Of a stretch of 64,000 bases of DNA, positions 1-10,204 are shown one piece after another. The notes below the pieces were generated by a model that had not been told where the DNA came from, made no database searches, and was given only the letters and a program-made list of their open reading frames with translations. A program made the translations under genes and the position numbers. How positions within the stretch are numbered: the first letter of the stretch is position 1; the number at the start of each line of letters is the position of its first letter. The DNA comes from Synergistales bacterium (GTDB lineage: Bacteria; Synergistota; Synergistia; Synergistales; JAFGMB01). The stretch is taken from NCBI GenBank assembly GCA_963666205.1, contig OY762654.1:160001-224000 (forward strand), read 5' to 3'.

Positions 1-213
1 AATCGTAGCAGTCTGTCTCGGTCTTGTCTTTTTTTCTGCTGTTTCATCCGGCGTTTCAGATCGAACAGTATCTTCGACAAGTTGGGCAGTTTCAGTATCG
101 ATGGAACTCATATGAGTCTTTACGTCTACACCAAGATCATGGAGCATCAGTAAAAGTTCTCTGTTTGATTTACCTAACATCTTTGCCAGTTCGTAGACAC
201 GAATTTTACTCAA
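1..213 (-). CDS. infB: Translation initiation factor IF-2, N-terminal part (runs off window edge)
   Basis: Not in the ORF track. Manual translation from TTG at 213 gives MSKIRVYELAKMLGKSNRELLLMLHDLGVDVKTHMSSID, the IF2 N-terminal motif. GGAGG RBS upstream; canonical position after nusA-ylxR-L7Ae. Confidence 0.93.
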   Translation of the reverse strand, partial: MSKIRVYELAKMLGKSNRELLLMLHDLGVDVKTHMSSIDTETAQLVEDTVRSETPDETAEKKTRPRQTATI

Positions 214-565
214 AGGCATCTCCTCCCTCTGATGCAAGCTGAAGCAGTTTTTTGTAAAAACCAGAAGATCGCTCTACTGCAACAACCTGGGTGTTATTCA
301 CCCCTAAAGACTGTGATAAACAATTTCTGTCACAATCTTCCAGAATTATTATCTTACATTGGCCTCTATCATGATACCCTGCCAGTGATCGTAAAACATT
401 CAATGAATGATCATCGGCAAGGAGGATCAGGAGGTATTTCTTTTTTACAAGTTCTGATCTTATACGATCAAGTCCCATTACAAGCCCCCGAGCTCTTCGA
501 ACCATTCCAAGAAAGGGAACAAGAGACTGTGTACTGTTAGCTGATATTCTTATGAAATCTGCCAT
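206..565 (-). CDS. ylxQ: L7Ae/L30e-family RNA-binding protein (YlxQ-like)
   Basis: LGMVRRARGLVMG..LILLADD..LSQSLG pattern; lies between ylxR and infB. Start moved to ATG 565. Confidence 0.8.
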   Translation of the reverse strand: MADFIRISANSTQSLVPFLGMVRRARGLVMGLDRIRSELVKKKYLLILLADDHSLNVLRSLAGYHDRGQCKIIILEDCDRNCLSQSLGVNNTQVVAVERSSGFYKKLLQLASEGGDAFE

Positions 566-830
566 TGTTCTTTTCCAGTAGAACCAGAATCTCTTCATAG
601 ATCCCCGGATCGACCCTGACCTTCAATGCCCTGGAAAGACAATCCTTTTTTCGGGCGAGTTCGATACATTCTATGTCGATACATAGATATGCACCCCTTC
701 CCTCTTTTTTGCCCATTGGATCAATGATGATTTCACCTGTAGGGGTACGGACGACCCTCAACATAGCTTTCTTGGGAGATTCACATCGACAGGCTACGCA
801 AGTCCTCGGTCTTTTCCGTTTGCCTGTCAA
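537..830 (-). CDS. ylxR: YlxR/DUF448 family RNA-binding protein
   Basis: PRTCVACR..K..MLRVVR..GRGAYLC motifs; follows nusA. Confidence 0.92.
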   Translation of the reverse strand: MTGKRKRPRTCVACRCESPKKAMLRVVRTPTGEIIIDPMGKKEGRGAYLCIDIECIELARKKDCLSRALKVRVDPGIYEEILVLLEKNNGRFHKNIS

Positions 831-834
831 ATTC

Positions 835-1932
835 TTATTCTCCCTCAGGAATTATATCGTGAAATATATCTGATAGTGTGGGCATCCTTTCCGGTTCCAG
901 AGCATTAATATCAATTTTCCATCCTGTAAGTCTCGCGGCAAGTCTTACATTCTGTCCTGCCTTTCCTATTGCAAGAGACAACTGATCTGGACGGGCATAG
1001 ACTTTAACCGCCTGTTCCTGTTCAAGCATCGGTTCTACCTTGAGGATCTTGGCAGGCGACAGAGCGTTCCTTATAAACTGAAGCGGATCAGTACTCCAGA
1101 TTATGACATCGATTTTTTCATTTGCAAGTTCCTGGCTTATCGATTTGATTCGCGAGCCACTGTTTCCTACACAGGCTCCAACCGGATCCACATTGGGATC
1201 AAGAGATACTACAGCCATTTTGGCTCTTGCTCCAGCTTCACGAACAATACCTTTAATTTCTATTACGTTTTCCCTGATCTCTGGAATTTCAAGTTCAAGA
1301 AGTTTCCTCAAAAGCCCAGGATGTGTCCTTGATACAACTATTCTGGGTCCTCTTGTGGTCTGTCGAACATCCAGGAGATAGAATTTCATTCTTTCTCCTG
1401 GAATATAATCTTCCCCAATAATACGTTCTTCCTTTGGAAGAATGGCTTCTGTTCGGTCATTGAGCCTTACAAGTACCTGGTCATTCTCTGCTTTAAAAAC
1501 TATACCAGTAACCAGATCCCCAACCCGACCTGCAAATTCCTCAAAGATAATTTGCCTTTCTGCATCTTTAAGCCGCTGAATGATAACCTGCCGGGCTGTT
1601 TGTGCTGCAATTCGGCCAAAGTTTTCTGGATTTGCCTCTATACGGAGAATATCCCCAAGATCCACATCCGGGAAATTTGCTTCATCGACATCTGCAAGGG
1701 TTATTTCAGTATCACGGTTTTCAATCTCATTGACAATAGTTCGCACTTCGTATATAGAAATCGTCCCGTTGTTGAGATCAATAAAAACCTCAACATTCTG
1801 ATTTCCACCTTTGTATTTTCGATATGCGGAAATCAGGGCTGCCTCCAGACTGGATGAAATAACTTCTTCCGGAAGACCTCGTTCACTTGTTAGCTGTTTC
1901 AAAGCACGGACAAAATCACGCCCAAGCTGCAT
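835..1932 (-). CDS. nusA: Transcription termination/antitermination factor NusA
   Basis: FGRIAAQTARQVIIQR, S1 and KH domains, AIGKAGQNVRLAARLTGWKIDI. Confidence 0.98.
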   Translation of the reverse strand: MQLGRDFVRALKQLTSERGLPEEVISSSLEAALISAYRKYKGGNQNVEVFIDLNNGTISIYEVRTIVNEIENRDTEITLADVDEANFPDVDLGDILRIEANPENFGRIAAQTARQVIIQRLKDAERQIIFEEFAGRVGDLVTGIVFKAENDQVLVRLNDRTEAILPKEERIIGEDYIPGERMKFYLLDVRQTTRGPRIVVSRTHPGLLRKLLELEIPEIRENVIEIKGIVREAGARAKMAVVSLDPNVDPVGACVGNSGSRIKSISQELANEKIDVIIWSTDPLQFIRNALSPAKILKVEPMLEQEQAVKVYARPDQLSLAIGKAGQNVRLAARLTGWKIDINALEPERMPTLSDIFHDIIPEGE

Positions 1933-1967
1933 TACGCATCCTCCTTCTATTGTTATTTACAGACACG

Positions 1968-2468
1968 TTAATTCTGTTTTTCAAAAAGATCACCTTGAAA
2001 TACAATATTTCCTTTTAAAATATCTCCAAAAGGGATGTTATGTATTTCACCATTTTCATCTTCGAGATGGATGACACCTTCAGAGATACCTGACAGTGTT
2101 CCTTTAAATTTACGTTGGCCTTTTACAGATGCTTTAAGCCGTATCTTAACCAGTTTACCGTGGTATTTTTCGTAATCAATGAGTTGGAAAAGAGGCCGGT
2201 TCAGACCTGGAGAACTAACTTCAAGGAAGAATCGTTCATCAGGAACAATTTCATCTTCATCAATAAATCGGCTGATCTTTTTTGATACTGATTCACAATC
2301 CCTTACTATAATCCCACCAAGTGAATCTATATAAACCCTAAGAACGCTTCTACCACTTTCCTGGTCAAATTCAAGCCCTACGAACTCATATCCAAGGGAA
2401 TTCACGATTTTTTCTACATTCTCTTCCAGATGTTCTTTGACTGTTTTTTTACGCTGCAAAGGATACAT
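1968..2468 (-). CDS. rimP: Ribosome maturation factor RimP
   Basis: LRVYID..DCESVS..LEVSSPGLNRPL. Start set at ATG 2468 after a GGAGG RBS. Confidence 0.95.
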   Translation of the reverse strand: MYPLQRKKTVKEHLEENVEKIVNSLGYEFVGLEFDQESGRSVLRVYIDSLGGIIVRDCESVSKKISRFIDEDEIVPDERFFLEVSSPGLNRPLFQLIDYEKYHGKLVKIRLKASVKGQRKFKGTLSGISEGVIHLEDENGEIHNIPFGDILKGNIVFQGDLFEKQN

Positions 2469-2490
2469 CCCTCCATCAAAAGATCTTTCT

Positions 2491-2527
2491 ACAAAAAACA
2501 AAGAGTGGGATGAACCCACTCTTTGTT
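2491..2527 (-). terminator. rimP-leader attenuator hairpin (intrinsic terminator in 5' UTR)
   Basis: 13-bp stem AACAAAGAGTGGG/CCCACTCTTTGTT with a 5-nt loop, followed by a U-tract on the minus strand, between the promoter and the rimP start. Confidence 0.8.
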
Positions 2528-2556
2528 GAAAGATTCTTCGCGCGGTAAACGTGGTT

Positions 2557-2586
2557 AGTATATCACGCACTACTGTTAAAAGACAA
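2557..2586 (-). promoter_or_regulatory. sigma70-type promoter of the rimP-nusA-infB operon
   Basis: TTGTCT-18 bp-TATACT with extended -10 TG. Confidence 0.6.
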
Positions 2587-2612
2587 GTCCCCTTAAAGGG
2601 GAGCCAGAAAGC

Positions 2613-4085
2613 TTATTCTACCCAATAATTTGGAGCTTCCTTGGTTATAACTACATCATGAGGATGGCTTTCCTTTACACCTGCTGAACTGATCTTGACA
2701 AAGGTCGATTCTTCCTGAAGAACCTTTATATTCTGAGCACCAACGTACCCCATTCCTGCTCTTAGTCCTCCTGCCATCTGGTAAACTACACCGGACAGAG
2801 ATCCTTTGTGAGGAGCAAGTCCTTCTATGCCCTCGGGAACAAGTTTTTCTGAAGTTACATTTTCCTGAAAATATCGATCCTTACTACACCCTTCCTTCAT
2901 AGCACCGAGAGAACCCATACCCCGATAACTCTTGAAAGATCGCCCCCTGTATAGAACAACCTCACCTGGACTTTCCTCTGTCCCGGCAAACAATGAACCG
3001 ATCATTACAGAATCTGCTCCAGCTGCCATCGCTTTAACAATATCTCCGGAAAAACGTATCCCTCCATCTGCGATTACTGTTCTACCCAGTTTATGAGCGG
3101 CTTGTGAGACTCTCATTATGGCAGTAAGTTGTGGAACTCCTATCCCTGCTACAACCCTGGTTGTACAAATGGATCCGGGTCCCACCCCTACTTTTACAGC
3201 ATCGGCACCAGCTTTGATAAGGGACTCTGCTGCTGCTGCTGTAGCTATATTCCCAGCAATGATAGATAGTTCTGGATAAATTCTACGAACTTCAGCAACA
3301 GTATCCAGAACCTTTTGTGAATGGCCATGGGCTGTGTCAATCGTTATGACATCGATACCTGCTTTAACCAGTGCTTCAACTCTTTCAAAGGTATCATGAC
3401 CAGTTCCGACGGCAGCACCGACTCTCAGGCGGCCATGATGGTCTTTTGATGCGTTGGGGAAATCCTTGACCTTCTGAATATCCTTTATGGTGATAAGTCC
3501 CTTTAATCTCATATTCTCATCAACAATGGGAAGTTTTTCGATTTTATGCTTCATCAGTATCTGCTTGGCGTCATCAAGACTGGTACCAGCAGCGGCTGTT
3601 ATAAGGTTGTCAATTGTCATGACATCGCAAATATTCTGTTCATAATCAGTTACAAATCTTAAGTCCCTGTTAGTGATTATACCTACAAGTTTCATGTCGT
3701 GATCGACAATAGGTACACCTGAAATATGATAGTGGGACATTAGAGAAACTGCCTGACTAACGTTATCTTCCGGATGAAGATAAAAGGGATCTACTATAAC
3801 TCCTGATTCTGATCGTTTGACCTGATCAACCTGGTTTGTCTGTCTTTCTATGTCCATATTACGGTGTAAGATTCCTATTCCGCCTTCCCTGGCAATTGCT
3901 ATAGCAAGTCTTGCTTCTGTTACTGTATCCATAGCAGCACTGCAAATAGGAAGGTTCATCGGGATCTTCGGTGTCAGCCTTGTGCTCAGTTCTACTTCAG
4001 CGGGGATAACCTGGCTGTAACCAGGAACAAGCAAAACATCATCGAAAGTCAGACCCTCATAGTCTACGAAACGGGAGTTATCCAT
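2613..4085 (-). CDS. guaB: IMP dehydrogenase (with CBS pair)
   Basis: [18 protein letters not shown], catalytic [19 protein letters not shown]. Confidence 0.98.
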   Translation of the reverse strand: MDNSRFVDYEGLTFDDVLLVPGYSQVIPAEVELSTRLTPKIPMNLPICSAAMDTVTEARLAIAIAREGGIGILHRNMDIERQTNQVDQVKRSESGVIVDPFYLHPEDNVSQAVSLMSHYHISGVPIVDHDMKLVGIITNRDLRFVTDYEQNICDVMTIDNLITAAAGTSLDDAKQILMKHKIEKLPIVDENMRLKGLITIKDIQKVKDFPNASKDHHGRLRVGAAVGTGHDTFERVEALVKAGIDVITIDTAHGHSQKVLDTVAEVRRIYPELSIIAGNIATAAAAESLIKAGADAVKVGVGPGSICTTRVVAGIGVPQLTAIMRVSQAAHKLGRTVIADGGIRFSGDIVKAMAAGADSVMIGSLFAGTEESPGEVVLYRGRSFKSYRGMGSLGAMKEGCSKDRYFQENVTSEKLVPEGIEGLAPHKGSLSGVVYQMAGGLRAGMGYVGAQNIKVLQEESTFVKISSAGVKESHPHDVVITKEAPNYWVE

Positions 4086-4234
4086 CTTAACTGCACCTCC
4101 AGGGGCTTTAAAGGCTTCAGGACCAGAATGATCCGTTTGATTCCTGCATTCGCGAATTAACCGACAGCTTCAACGTATGTGAAACCAGAAGAATTGGATT
4201 CGTTTTAAAAGATTCGTGGAAAAGTATTTGATAG

Positions 4235-4263
4235 ATTGTATGTCTTCTCACTTATAATGGCAA
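4235..4263 (-). promoter_or_regulatory. sigma70-type promoter upstream of guaB
   Basis: TTGCCA-17 bp-TACAAT. Confidence 0.6.
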
Positions 4264-4281
4264 GCATTAAAACCAGGAATG

Positions 4282-5505
4282 TTAGATACCCGTTTCATTT
4301 GGACAAAACCATTGGCTGCCCTCTAAAGAGTGTTTTGCTTCTGAAAGTCTTGCGAGGGTTGCCACTGCGTAACACTTTATGCATTCAAGATTTCCCACTG
4401 CCCCGGTCATCTCTCCAGACTTTACCTTGATATTAAGAGGCAGGTTTTTGAGATCTCCCCCTGTTATCAGAGATCCAATATTGATCTTCATCTGATCCAG
4501 GTATCCGGCAAGTCTTGGTTTCTGTGCATTTATCACTATGTCAATCCATTGAACAGTCCAACCATTTCTGTCTACTTTGTCAATTACATTAGCCAGGAGC
4601 ACCATGCTGTCTGCATTTGCATAAATTTCATCGCTGTCGGGAAAGAGAGTTCCTATATCAGGAAGTCCTGCAGCACCAAGAATGGCATCAGATATGGCAT
4701 GGGCAACTACGTCACCATCTGAATGTCCCTGGAGTCCTAAAGGAAAATCATGTAACTGAACCCCTGCAAGGATCAGTTTCTTTCCTGGAACCAGGGGGTG
4801 AATATCAAAGCCGAAGCCTGTTCGAACTCCACTTGTCGATGCTGCAATCATTGATGCCATAACCCAATCCTTTTCATATGTTATCTTAAAATTAAGAGGA
4901 TCTCCCTCGACCATGTTAAGATGCCTTCCTTCATTGACCCAGGCTTCTGCTTCATCATTGACATTCACGTTAGACCTTTGAAGAACATGCAGGATCTTTT
5001 CTCTGCAGAACGACTGGGGAGTCTGGGTAATTACAAAAGAGCTTCTATCCTCTGGCTGCAAGGTATTATGGGACGGTGATACTTTCTTCAGGGCATCTGA
5101 AATCGAGAGGAAGGGAATTGCTCCTTCTTCATGGGTTGTTGATCTGATAAGTTCCTGACATGTACTTATTTTCAGAAAAGGTCTTGCTCCATCATGAATC
5201 AGTACAAATTCACCGGAACAGGACTCCAATCCTTTGATAACCGATTCCCGTCTGCTTTTTCCCCCGCATACAAATCTTAGGGGTACTGAAAAGGAATGAA
5301 TAATATTAGAATATTCGAGCAGATCTGTCGCTTCTGGAAACACCACCACAGATTCATGTATCAGATCAAGAGCATGGAGACTTTCGGAAACCTTTACTGA
5401 CCAAATCCACAAGGGATAACCCTGGAGTTCTCTAAATTGTTTTGGAGTACCTCCAATCCTTGATCCTGTACCACCTGCTGCGATCAAGAATGAGAAACGT
5501 TTCAT
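4282..5505 (-). CDS. ispDF: Bifunctional IspD/IspF (MEP pathway)
   Basis: N-terminal AAGGTGSR..PKQF, IHDGARP, QTPQ; C-terminal GFDIH, GHSDGDV, KVKSGE. Confidence 0.95.
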   Translation of the reverse strand: MKRFSFLIAAGGTGSRIGGTPKQFRELQGYPLWIWSVKVSESLHALDLIHESVVVFPEATDLLEYSNIIHSFSVPLRFVCGGKSRRESVIKGLESCSGEFVLIHDGARPFLKISTCQELIRSTTHEEGAIPFLSISDALKKVSPSHNTLQPEDRSSFVITQTPQSFCREKILHVLQRSNVNVNDEAEAWVNEGRHLNMVEGDPLNFKITYEKDWVMASMIAASTSGVRTGFGFDIHPLVPGKKLILAGVQLHDFPLGLQGHSDGDVVAHAISDAILGAAGLPDIGTLFPDSDEIYANADSMVLLANVIDKVDRNGWTVQWIDIVINAQKPRLAGYLDQMKINIGSLITGGDLKNLPLNIKVKSGEMTGAVGNLECIKCYAVATLARLSEAKHSLEGSQWFCPNETGI

Positions 5506-6668
5506 GATCTTACTTCTCTTCTGATCTTCCCAAAAACCATTCTGCCAGCAGATGTCTGAAGCATGGATGTAACGACAACCTCTACCCTTTTGCCAATAAA
5601 GTTTTCTCCATCCTCCACAACAAGCATAGTTCCGTCATCCAGGTAACCAACCCCCTGGTGGATCTCTTTCCCTTCCCTTATAACATCTACTGTTATAGTT
5701 TCACCAGGTAGAAGCATTGGTTTCAGTGCATTTGCAAGGTCATTAACATTAAGAACAGAAATACCCTGGATCTGTGCTATCTTGTTTAGATTATAATCTG
5801 TCGTGAGAATATCAGCATCAATTTTTAGAGCGAGAGCTACAAGTCCTTCATCAACAGATCCCACTTTAAGATCTTTCAGGTTTTCTTCAAATATTTCGAT
5901 GTTCAATCCAGTAATATCCTGTAGAGCGTTGACAACATCAAGACCTCTTCTGCCCCTGGTCCTTCTTGCAGGGTCTGTAGAATCTGCAACAGCCTGAAGT
6001 TCAATCAGGATGAACCTTGGAAGTATCAGAATTCCTTCAAGAAACCCGGTTCGGGCAATATCCAGTATTCTTCCATCAATAATTACGCTGGTATCGAGGA
6101 TCTTTCGTCTGGCATGGCGATCAAGATCAAGGAGTGTTTCTGCCTTTGAATGGTTATGATGCTTTCCTTTAAGATTCTGTAGCCTTTCTTTCAGGCCAAA
6201 AAATGGAGATAGAACCCCTCTGATATCCTGTTGTCTCTTCAGAACAAGCCTGGCCCCGACGTATCCCAGGACAACATTCAGAAACACTGCTATATAGCTG
6301 CCAATCGGGAGATCAGAAAAAGGAAGAGCAATAAGATTTGCAACTAGAAGGCCTATGATTAGTCCCATTGTTGCCGAGGAGATGTCCTGCCAGCTGGTAG
6401 TCTGTAAATGCCGCTCAAATAATGAACTGATAAAGCCTAATCCATTCAGAAACAAAGGTGTCAGAACAAAGCCTACTGATGAAAAAAACAAAACACAAAA
6501 TAACCTGAAAGCTATATCTCCCGGAATCCATGCTATTGTCCATGGGAACCATCCTGATGGAAGATGAGGGAGAAGAAGGCTGCTTATCTGATAACCTGCA
6601 ATCCCTCCCAACAGAATGAGCAACCCGCGAAAAGTAGCTTTCATCATTTTACCAAAATTATCTGCCAT
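5502..6668 (-). CDS. yacL: Membrane-anchored PIN/TRAM domain protein (YacL family)
   Basis: N-terminal TM helices, ILDTSVIIDGRI, TTDYNLNK, GVGYLDDGTMLVVE, TSMLQTSAGRMVF; adjacent to ispDF. Confidence 0.93.
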   Translation of the reverse strand: MADNFGKMMKATFRGLLILLGGIAGYQISSLLLPHLPSGWFPWTIAWIPGDIAFRLFCVLFFSSVGFVLTPLFLNGLGFISSLFERHLQTTSWQDISSATMGLIIGLLVANLIALPFSDLPIGSYIAVFLNVVLGYVGARLVLKRQQDIRGVLSPFFGLKERLQNLKGKHHNHSKAETLLDLDRHARRKILDTSVIIDGRILDIARTGFLEGILILPRFILIELQAVADSTDPARRTRGRRGLDVVNALQDITGLNIEIFEENLKDLKVGSVDEGLVALALKIDADILTTDYNLNKIAQIQGISVLNVNDLANALKPMLLPGETITVDVIREGKEIHQGVGYLDDGTMLVVEDGENFIGKRVEVVVTSMLQTSAGRMVFGKIRREVRS

Positions 6669-6685
6669 TTAATCACCTCTTTCTA

Positions 6686-7297
6686 TTATTGTGGATATTT
6701 TTGAAGGTTTACCCTCGATTCAAAAGCTGCATGGAGGGTTACTCTGTCGGCAAATTCGATGCTCCCGCCTACGGGAAGTCCATACGCAAGACGGGTTATC
6801 CTCACGTCAGTTCCCTTGAGGTATGATATTATTTCATAAAATGTTAAATCTCCCTCTATCCTGGGATTAGTTGCAATAATAACTTCCTTGACGGGAAGGT
6901 TTATCACCCTTTGTTTAAGTGATCGCAATTTATCCGGGTCAAGTTCTTCATCGTCAAGAGGAGAGACTTTTCCACCCAGTACATGGTAAAGACCATTGTA
7001 AATACCAGCCTGTTCCATGCTGATCAGATCTTCTGCTGTCTCCACAACGCAAAGTAGTGTTCTGTCCCGGAATGGATCATCACAGATCGAACATGGGTCA
7101 ATATCTGTAATATTGCCACATACAGCACAAGGATGAAGTTTACGCCTCACCTCAATAAGGCTTTCAGCCATTGCCAGAGCGAAAGATTCAGGCTGCTGCA
7201 ATACACAAAAAGCCATTCTTCTTGCACTTTTTTCTCCTATTCCCGGAAATCGCTTAAAAACAGAAATCAGCTTTCCTAAGGGTTCAGGTAAAGACAA
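6686..7297 (-). CDS. recR: Recombination mediator RecR
   Basis: PGIGEKSARR HhH, C4 zinc finger, Toprim ATNPRIEG, RLAYGLPVG. Confidence 0.97.
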   Translation of the reverse strand: MSLPEPLGKLISVFKRFPGIGEKSARRMAFCVLQQPESFALAMAESLIEVRRKLHPCAVCGNITDIDPCSICDDPFRDRTLLCVVETAEDLISMEQAGIYNGLYHVLGGKVSPLDDEELDPDKLRSLKQRVINLPVKEVIIATNPRIEGDLTFYEIISYLKGTDVRITRLAYGLPVGGSIEFADRVTLHAAFESRVNLQKYPQ

Positions 7298-7324
7298 GGT
7301 CGGTATTCCTTTATCTTCGGAAGT

Positions 7325-7633
7325 TTACATTAATCCTAATGATCCCAGACCACCAGCTACATTCCCCATTCGTGAATTGGCAAGTTCCCGACTTTTTCTG
7401 AGGGCATCATTGATGGCAGCAAGAACAAGGTCTTCAAGCATTTCCGAATCCTGGGGATCGATGACTTCCCGATCGATCCTTACGGCTTGAATATCACCCT
7501 GCCCATTTGCGATTACTGTAACCATTCCTCCACCGGCATTACCTTCAACTGTTTCTTTAGCCAGTTCTTCCTGTATCTTCATCATCTGAGCCTGCATTTT
7601 CTGTGCCTGCTTCATAATATTATTCATTTTCAT
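7325..7633 (-). CDS. ybaB: YbaB/EbfC nucleoid-associated protein
   Basis: [39 protein letters not shown] before ATG 7633. Confidence 0.95.
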   Translation of the reverse strand: MKMNNIMKQAQKMQAQMMKIQEELAKETVEGNAGGGMVTVIANGQGDIQAVRIDREVIDPQDSEMLEDLVLAAINDALRKSRELANSRMGNVAGGLGSLGLM

Positions 7634-7655
7634 TCTGTATATTCCTCCTGTAAGA

Positions 7656-8120
7656 TCAATGATGATAACCTGTACCAGCTTTAATAGTACAGGCCCTGTA
7701 GATCTGTTCTGACAGAAACACCAGGCAAAGCTCATGTGGAAAGGTCATGGTTGATAAAGACAACATTGAATCGGACCTTTTTTTAACCTGGTCTGAGACT
7801 CCAAAAGGTCCACCTATAATGAAGACTAACCTGCCACGGGCTTCTTTGAGTCGTTCTTCCAGCCATTCTGCAAATTCTGAACTGGTTCTGTTGAAACCTT
7901 TATCGTCCAGAAGAACAACATAATCTCTCTCGCGGATTACTCTCAATATGGATTCACCCTCAATATTACGTGTTTTCTCAGGATTTCCTTTTTGAGAAGA
8001 ATCTGCTACAGCTATTAACTCCACATTGAGATAGCGCTTTACTTGTTCCAGATAATAAATTGTCCCATCTCGAAATAATTTATTTTTAGGTTTTCCAACA
8101 GATAAAACAGTTATTTTCAT
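7656..8120 (-). CDS. rlmH: 23S rRNA pseudouridine-1915 N3-methyltransferase RlmH
   Basis: SPOUT motifs [27 protein letters not shown]. Confidence 0.95.
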   Translation of the reverse strand: MKITVLSVGKPKNKLFRDGTIYYLEQVKRYLNVELIAVADSSQKGNPEKTRNIEGESILRVIRERDYVVLLDDKGFNRTSSEFAEWLEERLKEARGRLVFIIGGPFGVSDQVKKRSDSMLSLSTMTFPHELCLVFLSEQIYRACTIKAGTGYHH

Positions 8121-8180
8121 TTTACTCCATCCATAGTTTAATTGAAACCTCACTCATGACAGTAGGCCGATATGGTCATA

Positions 8181-8813
8181 TCAGCCTTTTATTTTTTTCT
8201 TTTTACTTATCTTTTTGATGGAATATCTCTCCTGACGTTCTCTCTCGGAGATAACTTCCCGGATATCCGTTTCTTCTTTTTTAAGACCTGGAAGAAAGGT
8301 GTACTCAAGGGTATTTATTCTGAGCATAGTCTTACTTAGTTCTTTTTCCAGGGAAGTAATCTTCGATTTGAGATTTATGTATGGCCACAGGATCTTTTCT
8401 GATTGTGATATAGCCATTAGAAGGTCGTCGACATAAAGGGAAGTCAGAGCTGGATCAAAATTAATCCTGATACCCGGCTTTTGTGACATCTCCTTTGGGT
8501 AAAACTGTGAAAAACGACATCCCATAAGGGAAAACTTCTCTATTTTTACAGTTATGCTCGAGGTATCTGGTTTCAGTAACTGAAGCATGGAATGGCCTTC
8601 ATACATTCGGACGAGGGAGTAGGTCAGAGAGATGCGTTTATTTATCTCCCTGAATTCTTTATCCATTTCTCTGAATTTACGACGATCATCCTCAAGAGTT
8701 CTCAGAAGAGCATCTCTTTTCTTTTCGAGCAAGGTTTTCCCGTACTGGACAGTAGTAATCTGCTTGCGTGTTTCCAGAAGATTTTCTCGGGTTGGTGCTT
8801 TACGGTTAGCCAT
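8181..8813 (-). CDS. atpD: A/V-type ATP synthase subunit D
   Basis: PTRENLL..LLEKKRDAL..RINTLEY..ERERQE; last gene of the ATPase cluster. Confidence 0.9.
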   Translation of the reverse strand: MANRKAPTRENLLETRKQITTVQYGKTLLEKKRDALLRTLEDDRRKFREMDKEFREINKRISLTYSLVRMYEGHSMLQLLKPDTSSITVKIEKFSLMGCRFSQFYPKEMSQKPGIRINFDPALTSLYVDDLLMAISQSEKILWPYINLKSKITSLEKELSKTMLRINTLEYTFLPGLKKEETDIREVISERERQERYSIKKISKKKKIKG

Positions 8814-10204
8814 CAGGAGTTTTCTCTCCCTGAGCCCAGGTTTTCAGCAATATAAAAAGGAGGAAGACGATACAATTCTGTATTTGGAAGTTGTTTCAGA
8901 CATTCCCAAGCCTCATGTAATGTAGCATCCATAGTTCTGTAATCAGATCCCTGGTTTACGAACCGTGTTTCGAATTCTCTGCCAAAAGCCAGATAAAGTT
9001 TTTCTGTATCCGTAAGACCATCATCACCTACGATAAGCCTGAGTCTTTCAAGTTCCTGTGCTCTGGCATAAGAGGAATATAGCTGATCAGCCATATTCCT
9101 ATGGAATTCAAAGGTTTTACGTTTCCCGATCCCCTTATTCATTAATCTGCTCAGGCTTGGAAGCACATTTATTGGAGGATAGAGTCCTCTATCATGCATG
9201 CTCCTGTCAAGAACAACCTGTCCCTCTGTGATATAGCCGGATAGGTCCACGACAGGATGGGTCATATCATCGTCGGGCATAGTTATTATGGGTATCTGGG
9301 TGATGCTTCCACTGGCTCCCCGAATACAACCCGCTCGTTCATACAAGGTCGCCAGGTCAGAATATGTATATCCAGGGTATCCCCGTCTACCAGGAACCTC
9401 TTCACGGGCAGCACTTATTTCACGGAGGGCTTCGCTATAGTAAAGCATATCGGTCATTACTACCAGTACATCATAATTCTTTTCAAAAGCAAAGTATTCT
9501 GCTACAGAAAGGGCCATTCTGGGTGTGAGAAGTCTCTCCGCTGCAGAATCACTGGCAAGGTTCAGGAAAAAGATACCATTGTCAATTGCACCTGTAGATC
9601 TAAATGTATCGATAAAAAAGTCAGCCTCTCGTTGAGTGATTCCCATGGCAGCAAAAATGACCAGAAAATCTGAATCGCTGCCTGGTACACGAGCTTGACT
9701 CACAATCTGGGCTGCTAACTGGTTTGCAGGAAGCCCCGCTCCTGAAAATATTGGGAGTTTCTGTCCCTTTACAAGAGTATTCATCATATCGATAGTTGAT
9801 ATACCAGTTTCGATATACGAAGATGGACTTTGCCTCCAGACAGGGTTGATGGGCATGCCACTGGTCGGCAGGAGTTTTTCTATGTATCCCATTGTTTTAC
9901 CGTCAATTCGCCTACCTCTACCGTCCAGTATCTGTCCGATAAGAGCCTCACCGGCAGGAACCCTGACAATGTCTCTCTCAAGCCAGACGGTACTCTTGCC
10001 AATATCCATCCCCATAGTACCGTCAAAGACCTGTACGATGCAGAGATCATCATCTACCTGAAGTATCTGTCCGGTCCGAACACCGGAAGGGGTCTCAATA
10101 GAAACAAGCTCGGCAAAGCCGGGTTGTCTGACGCCTTTGAGAAAAAGAAGAGGACCGACTATACCCGAGAGAGAAGTGTAGCCTTCTCTGAATAGGTTAA
10201 TCAT
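8813..10204 (-). CDS. atpB: A/V-type ATP synthase subunit B
   Basis: GQKLPIFSG, EEVPGRRGYPGY, GYITEGQ, LPSLSRLM. Confidence 0.97.
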   Translation of the reverse strand: MINLFREGYTSLSGIVGPLLFLKGVRQPGFAELVSIETPSGVRTGQILQVDDDLCIVQVFDGTMGMDIGKSTVWLERDIVRVPAGEALIGQILDGRGRRIDGKTMGYIEKLLPTSGMPINPVWRQSPSSYIETGISTIDMMNTLVKGQKLPIFSGAGLPANQLAAQIVSQARVPGSDSDFLVIFAAMGITQREADFFIDTFRSTGAIDNGIFFLNLASDSAAERLLTPRMALSVAEYFAFEKNYDVLVVMTDMLYYSEALREISAAREEVPGRRGYPGYTYSDLATLYERAGCIRGASGSITQIPIITMPDDDMTHPVVDLSGYITEGQVVLDRSMHDRGLYPPINVLPSLSRLMNKGIGKRKTFEFHRNMADQLYSSYARAQELERLRLIVGDDGLTDTEKLYLAFGREFETRFVNQGSDYRTMDATLHEAWECLKQLPNTELYRLPPFYIAENLGSGRENS

